From Nanobdellota archaeon (GTDB taxonomy: Archaea > Nanobdellota > Nanobdellia > Pacearchaeales > JAHJTO01): a DNA stretch of 64,000 bases. Under the pieces are notes generated by a model that was not told where the DNA came from, did not search any database, and worked only from the letters and a program-made list of their open reading frames with translations. Shown here piece by piece: positions 59,872 through 64,000 of this stretch; position 1 is the stretch's first letter, and the number at the start of each line of letters is the position of its first letter. Both the position numbers and the translations under genes were made by a program. The stretch is taken from the NCBI GenBank assembly GCA_042572295.1, contig JBHPFA010000002.1, positions 64,180 through 128,179 of the forward strand. The letters run 5' to 3'.

Positions 59872-62154
59872 ATGATTTTCAAATCTGGAACTAAACTGTA
59901 CCATAATGAAGTTGTAAGAGATGCCGGAGAAGAGGCAATGTATGTCAATTATATTGGTTATCCTTCTGTTCCTTCTTTAGCTGATTCGGCTTTAGTCATG
60001 TCAAGAACGGTTGATGGACTTATTTCTACACCAAAAGTTTCTAGAATGGTTTTTGTACAACAAAGAAATTACTCTTATCCTTTTGCTCAAGTTAATTTGC
60101 TTAGAGAGATTGCACAGATCTATACTTATTTAATTGATCAGGAGAAGATTCTTTCTTCTACAAAGTTAATCTCTTGTCAAGCTTGTCTGCCAGATAATCA
60201 TAATGCCCTTAGATGGCTTGTTTTAGCTTTATTGAAGCAAGATCCTATTGGGTGTTATGTTGAGGCTAAGAGGATTCTTCGTGAATCAAGGATAAATCTT
60301 CCAAAGTTATCTCCTAGTTGTAAGAGCTGTGGGGAGAATTTCATTAAAATTCTTGAACAAATAATCTTAATGCTTAAAGAGACTACAATGATTAAAACTG
60401 TGGAAGCGGATCTTGTAGCTCATCGTCTTGGAAATCGAGATCTTTATAGAAGATTTTTTAGACCAGATATTATCCCTAACTTTACTTTTACCAGATTAAT
60501 GGCCTCTATCCCTGCTGGAGCAGAGCTTCTTGATGAATATACTTTGGAAAAAGGTTTTGATAAGACTACTGTTTCAATATTAAAAGTTCCAAATGTTCCT
60601 AAACCAATCTATCATTTAACACCTCCTGAATTCACTTTGAAGGATGAGTTTTATGAGTTGGTTGATTTGGCTAGAAGTGTTTTGATTGAACATCGTCCAA
60701 AAGCAGAAGAATTTGTAGACCCTACAAGGACAAGAGAGGTTTTCTTTAATATTTCTAGAGATTTGTTAAGGGAGTTGGCTGAGTCAAGAAAAGTTTCTGT
60801 AAGTTATAGGCAGTTGAATAAGTTAGCTTCTATTTTGGTGAGGCATACTATTGGTTTTGGTTTAGTTGAAGTTTTATTACAAGATGAGAACTTGCAAGAT
60901 ATTGTTATCAATGCTCCTATTGGACAGACACCTATTTTTTTGAGACATGGGAAGTGGGAAGAATGTACGACTAATATTTTGCCTTCTTCAGAAGATGCAG
61001 ATGCATGGGCTGCAAGATTTAGAATGTTGTCCGGAAGACCTTTAGATGAGGCAAACCCAGTTTTAGATACTGATTTGTCAATTGGAAATGTAAGAGCAAG
61101 AGTTTCAGTTATCCAAAGACCTTTATCCCCACAAGGATTGTCTTATGCTTTTAGAAGACATAGAGAAATGCCTTGGACTTTGCCATTATTCATTAAGAAT
61201 AGAATGTTAACTCCTCTTGCTTCTGGAATTTTAGGATTTTTAGTTGATGGTGGAAGAACTATTTTGGTTGCTGGAACAAGAAGCTCTGGAAAAACTTCTT
61301 TGTTAGGGTCTTTGATGTTAGAGATAATGCCACGTACAAGAATTATTGCTGTTGAAGATACTTTAGAGATGCCTCTTGATTCAATGAGGAAGTTAGGGTA
61401 TAATGTTGTAAGTATGAAAGTGCGTTCAGCTTTGTTAAAGGAGACTACTGAAATGCCTGCAGATGAAGGGATAAGAACTAGTCTGCGTTTAGGGGACAGT
61501 AGCTTGATTGTTGGTGAGGTTAGAAGTGTTGAAGCTAAAGCACTTTATGAAGCGATGAGAATTGGAGCTTTAGCAAATGTTGTTGCAGGAACCATTCATG
61601 GTGGTTCACCTTATGCTGTTTTTGATAGGGTTGTTAATGATTTAGGAGTTCCTGTTACAAGTTTTAAAGCAACAGATATGATCATAGTCGCAAATCCAAT
61701 TAAAACCCCTGATGGGTTGCATAGTGTCAGAAGAGTTACACAGCTTACAGAAGTAAGAAAAAAGTGGAAGGAGGATCCTTTGTTAGAGAAAGGATTTTCA
61801 GATTTGATGAATTATAACGTCAAAAAAGATATGCTAGAACCTACTTCCGATTTGATCAATGGAGAAAGTGAAGTGATTAAATCAATTGCTGGCCAAGTTA
61901 AAGGTTGGGCTGGAAATTGGGATGCTATCTGGGATAATATTTTGTTAAGAGCAAAAGTAAAAGAAACTCTTGTGAGGCAAGCTTTACATCTTAAAAAGCC
62001 AGGAATACTTGAAGCGCCTTTTATGGTCCAGAGCAATAATGCTTTCCATGAGATTGCTGATAAGGTTACAGCAGATGTAGGAATTCCTATAGGAAAGACA
62101 GTTTATCATGATTGGGAGAAATGGCTCAAGAAAGAGATTAGGAATATGAAATGA
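59872..62154 (+). CDS. Type II/IV secretion-family ATPase (archaeal FlaI/PilB/VirB11-like) with long N-terminal extension
   Basis: Walker A GTRSSGKTS (61273-61299), Walker B/Asp box IIAVEDTLE and the His box region GTIHGG. The ~430-aa N-terminal region carries CQAC (60175-60186) and CKSC (60319-60330). ATG at 59872 with agagga upstream. Confidence 0.85.
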   Translation: MIFKSGTKLYHNEVVRDAGEEAMYVNYIGYPSVPSLADSALVMSRTVDGLISTPKVSRMVFVQQRNYSYPFAQVNLLREIAQIYTYLIDQEKILSSTKLISCQACLPDNHNALRWLVLALLKQDPIGCYVEAKRILRESRINLPKLSPSCKSCGENFIKILEQIILMLKETTMIKTVEADLVAHRLGNRDLYRRFFRPDIIPNFTFTRLMASIPAGAELLDEYTLEKGFDKTTVSILKVPNVPKPIYHLTPPEFTLKDEFYELVDLARSVLIEHRPKAEEFVDPTRTREVFFNISRDLLRELAESRKVSVSYRQLNKLASILVRHTIGFGLVEVLLQDENLQDIVINAPIGQTPIFLRHGKWEECTTNILPSSEDADAWAARFRMLSGRPLDEANPVLDTDLSIGNVRARVSVIQRPLSPQGLSYAFRRHREMPWTLPLFIKNRMLTPLASGILGFLVDGGRTILVAGTRSSGKTSLLGSLMLEIMPRTRIIAVEDTLEMPLDSMRKLGYNVVSMKVRSALLKETTEMPADEGIRTSLRLGDSSLIVGEVRSVEAKALYEAMRIGALANVVAGTIHGGSPYAVFDRVVNDLGVPVTSFKATDMIIVANPIKTPDGLHSVRRVTQLTEVRKKWKEDPLLEKGFSDLMNYNVKKDMLEPTSDLINGESEVIKSIAGQVKGWAGNWDAIWDNILLRAKVKETLVRQALHLKKPGILEAPFMVQSNNAFHEIADKVTADVGIPIGKTVYHDWEKWLKKEIRNMK

Positions 62155-62591
62155 GACTTCCAATAACTATTGAAACAATAGTTTTTAGAAAAAATAAAAG
62201 TAAGTATTCCTTTTTATTATTGAAAAGAATTAAAAAAAGAGGAGGGTTTTGGCAATTTTTAACAGGGGGATTAGAAGATACTGATAAGTCTCATATTGGA
62301 TGTGCTAAAAGAGAATTTCAAGAAGAATTAGGTCTTGATGTAAAAGTTATTAAGGAAATTATAGAAGACATGCCACATTTCGAGTTTGTGGGTGATTTTA
62401 AAGATAAGAAAAAAACAACTTTTAAAGAATATGTTTTTGGTTTTGAAGTTGATGAAAAATTGAAGTTCGAACACATTGAGAATGATGAACATGAAGATCT
62501 CAAATGGTGTTCTTTTGAAGAGTGTATAAGTTTATTACATTTTGAGAATAACAAAGATGCTCTAAGGAATTTAATAAAGAGGTTGAAATGA
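62151..62591 (+). CDS. NUDIX hydrolase
   Basis: Nudix box GGLEDTDKSHIGCAKREFQEELGL. ATGA overlap with the ATPase stop. Confidence 0.8.
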   Translation: MRLPITIETIVFRKNKSKYSFLLLKRIKKRGGFWQFLTGGLEDTDKSHIGCAKREFQEELGLDVKVIKEIIEDMPHFEFVGDFKDKKKTTFKEYVFGFEVDEKLKFEHIENDEHEDLKWCSFEECISLLHFENNKDALRNLIKRLK

Positions 62592-63166
62592 AAAGGAAAA
62601 TAGTTTTAATTGATGGAATGCCGACTACTGGAAAATCAACTACTTCTTACAATCTAGCTAAAAGTTTGCCTGGTTGGGTGTTTATTGATATTTGGCGTAT
62701 TAAAGATATTTTTGAACCTATTGGATATTCAAAGAAGTTAGATAAGAAAGAGAAACAGGCTTTGATGGAACTTTCAAAAAAGACAGTTGTTGATTTAGTG
62801 AAGGGTGTGATAAAAGGTACTAAAAGAAAGATTATTTTACAGGAAGCTACGGTTGAATTTGTCAAGGAGAAACTTGGAAAAGACTTGAAAAAGAATGGCT
62901 ATAAAATTTATACCGTACAATTGACTGTTCCTTTCAAACAAGCCATTAAAAGGAATAGAAAAAGGGGAAAACCTATTTTAAATTTTTTAAAAGGATGGGA
63001 TGAAAAAAAGTGGAAAGACAAGATAAAAAGCAAAATTAAAAGAGGAGACCTTGTTGCAGACACTTTTAAGAATAATCCTAAAAGAGTTGTTGAGATTATC
63101 TTGAAAGGAATTGGTGAAAAGTCAAAAAAGCACCCTTATGCAGATAAAATAAGGAAATTTTGGTAA
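62588..63166 (+). CDS. P-loop kinase-like protein (AAA_33-like)
   Basis: Walker A DGMPTTGKSTT. ATGA overlap with the NUDIX stop. Confidence 0.6.
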   Translation: MKRKIVLIDGMPTTGKSTTSYNLAKSLPGWVFIDIWRIKDIFEPIGYSKKLDKKEKQALMELSKKTVVDLVKGVIKGTKRKIILQEATVEFVKEKLGKDLKKNGYKIYTVQLTVPFKQAIKRNRKRGKPILNFLKGWDEKKWKDKIKSKIKRGDLVADTFKNNPKRVVEIILKGIGEKSKKHPYADKIRKFW

Positions 63167-63228
63167 TAATTCTTCTCAAGGAAACATTCAAAAAGTTGTT
63201 TTTCTTATAATTACTAGTAAAAGAGGCT

Positions 63229-64000
63229 ATGGTAAGAAGTAAGCGAGTAGATGATATCTTGAAAAAGTATGAAGGGAAAGTAGAGAGGTCTCTGAAGGAT
63301 GAAGAAAGTGGATATTCTAGAGAGTATTTGAAATTTAAGGAAGAGATCCGGCCTAAATTAGGTTTATATGAAAAATTGGCTAAAGGTATTGGGAATACTA
63401 TCAAGTTAAAGTTGAGTGAGAAAGACGAAAAGAGATTTAGAAGAGCTATTGATACTGCTCATTTGGAAATAACTCCTTCAGATGCTGCAATGTTTGCTTT
63501 GGCAGCACCTCTTTTGTTGACTTTCTTGTTTTTAGTTATGGGGGTAGGTTTGTATTTTGCCGAAATCGAGTTTCCTTTGGTTGTGGTTGCTGTTTTAATG
63601 GGGATTATTGCTTTTGTTTATTATTATGCAAATCAACTTCCTAGAATTCTTGCCCAAAGATGGAGACTGCAAGCATCTTCACAGATGGTGCCTGCAATTT
63701 TGTATATAATCATTTTTATGAAGCATACTAGTAACTTAGAAAGAGCAATAAAGTTTGCTTCAGATCATTTACAGCCACCTCTTTCATTAGATTTCAAGAA
63801 AATAATTTGGGATGTTGAAACTGGAAAGTATTCTACAATCAAATCTTCTTTAGATGATTATCTTGAAAAATGGAAGGGCTATAGTTTTGAGTTTGTTGAA
63901 TCCTTTCATTTAATTGAAAGCAGTTTGTATGAACCTATTGAGGCAAGAAGGCTTGAGATTCTTGAAAAAGCATTAAGTGTAATGCTCGACGGTGTTTATG
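63229..64000 (+). CDS. FlaJ/TadC/PilC-like type IV filament platform membrane protein (partial; continues beyond the right window edge)
   Basis: Not in the ORF track because there is no stop. MVRSKRVDDILKKYEGK..., a cytoplasmic helical region, a pair of TM helices (AAPLLLTFLFLVMGVGLYF, LVVVAVLMGIIAFVYYY), then a T2SS-F-like helical domain (SSQMVPAILYIIIFMKHTSNLERAIKFAS). Confidence 0.6.
   Translation, partial: MVRSKRVDDILKKYEGKVERSLKDEESGYSREYLKFKEEIRPKLGLYEKLAKGIGNTIKLKLSEKDEKRFRRAIDTAHLEITPSDAAMFALAAPLLLTFLFLVMGVGLYFAEIEFPLVVVAVLMGIIAFVYYYANQLPRILAQRWRLQASSQMVPAILYIIIFMKHTSNLERAIKFASDHLQPPLSLDFKKIIWDVETGKYSTIKSSLDDYLEKWKGYSFEFVESFHLIESSLYEPIEARRLEILEKALSVMLDGVY

Overview
This is an AT-rich (about one-third G+C by eye), very gene-dense archaeal chromosome segment. 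It holds about 75 plausible genes on both strands, with many 2-40 nt gaps and ATGA stop/start overlaps. Archaeal identity rests on an oriC-like region followed by orc1/cdc6 and both PolD subunits (20.8-27.5 kb), an Lhr-type helicase, a Hef helicase plus XPF nuclease gene pair, a XerA-like recombinase, a TrmB regulator, archaeal-type PGK, and a FlaI/FlaJ-like type IV filament module. Housekeeping genes include FKBP, Prs, MTAP, ITPase, GAPDH-PGK-ROK kinase, M16 peptidase, ThpR and a DRG-like GTPase, plus one tRNA-Ser(CGA). The many small orphan ORFs, a giant glycoprotein, a bacterial-type GAPDH and mostly leaderless genes suggest an uncultivated small-genome (DPANN-like) archaeon, but that is inference. 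I saw no rRNA, CRISPR array, cas operon or transposase. The most unusual observations are: (i) an in-frame radical-SAM::TyrRS chimera lacking the TyrRS N-terminus and HIGH motif (46.4-47.8 kb); (ii) two convergent paralogous coiled-coil/wHTH genes (4.6-6.8 kb) whose linker regions carry DNA repeats read in several frames, flanking a 560-bp purine-rich iteron region; (iii) a surface module (40-46.4 kb) of a secreted protein with a beta-barrel-like C-terminus and a translationally coupled ~1480-aa glycoprotein; (iv) a PRC-barrel gene plus three tandem paralogous membrane proteins and a Pro-rich/coiled-coil pair next to a FlaI-like ATPase (56.6-64 kb); (v) a 630-bp gene-free, GC-enriched island with probable structured RNA(s) (49.2-49.8 kb); and (vi) a duplicated ~80-bp promoter/leader module with a conserved hairpin (9.7 and 11.9 kb).
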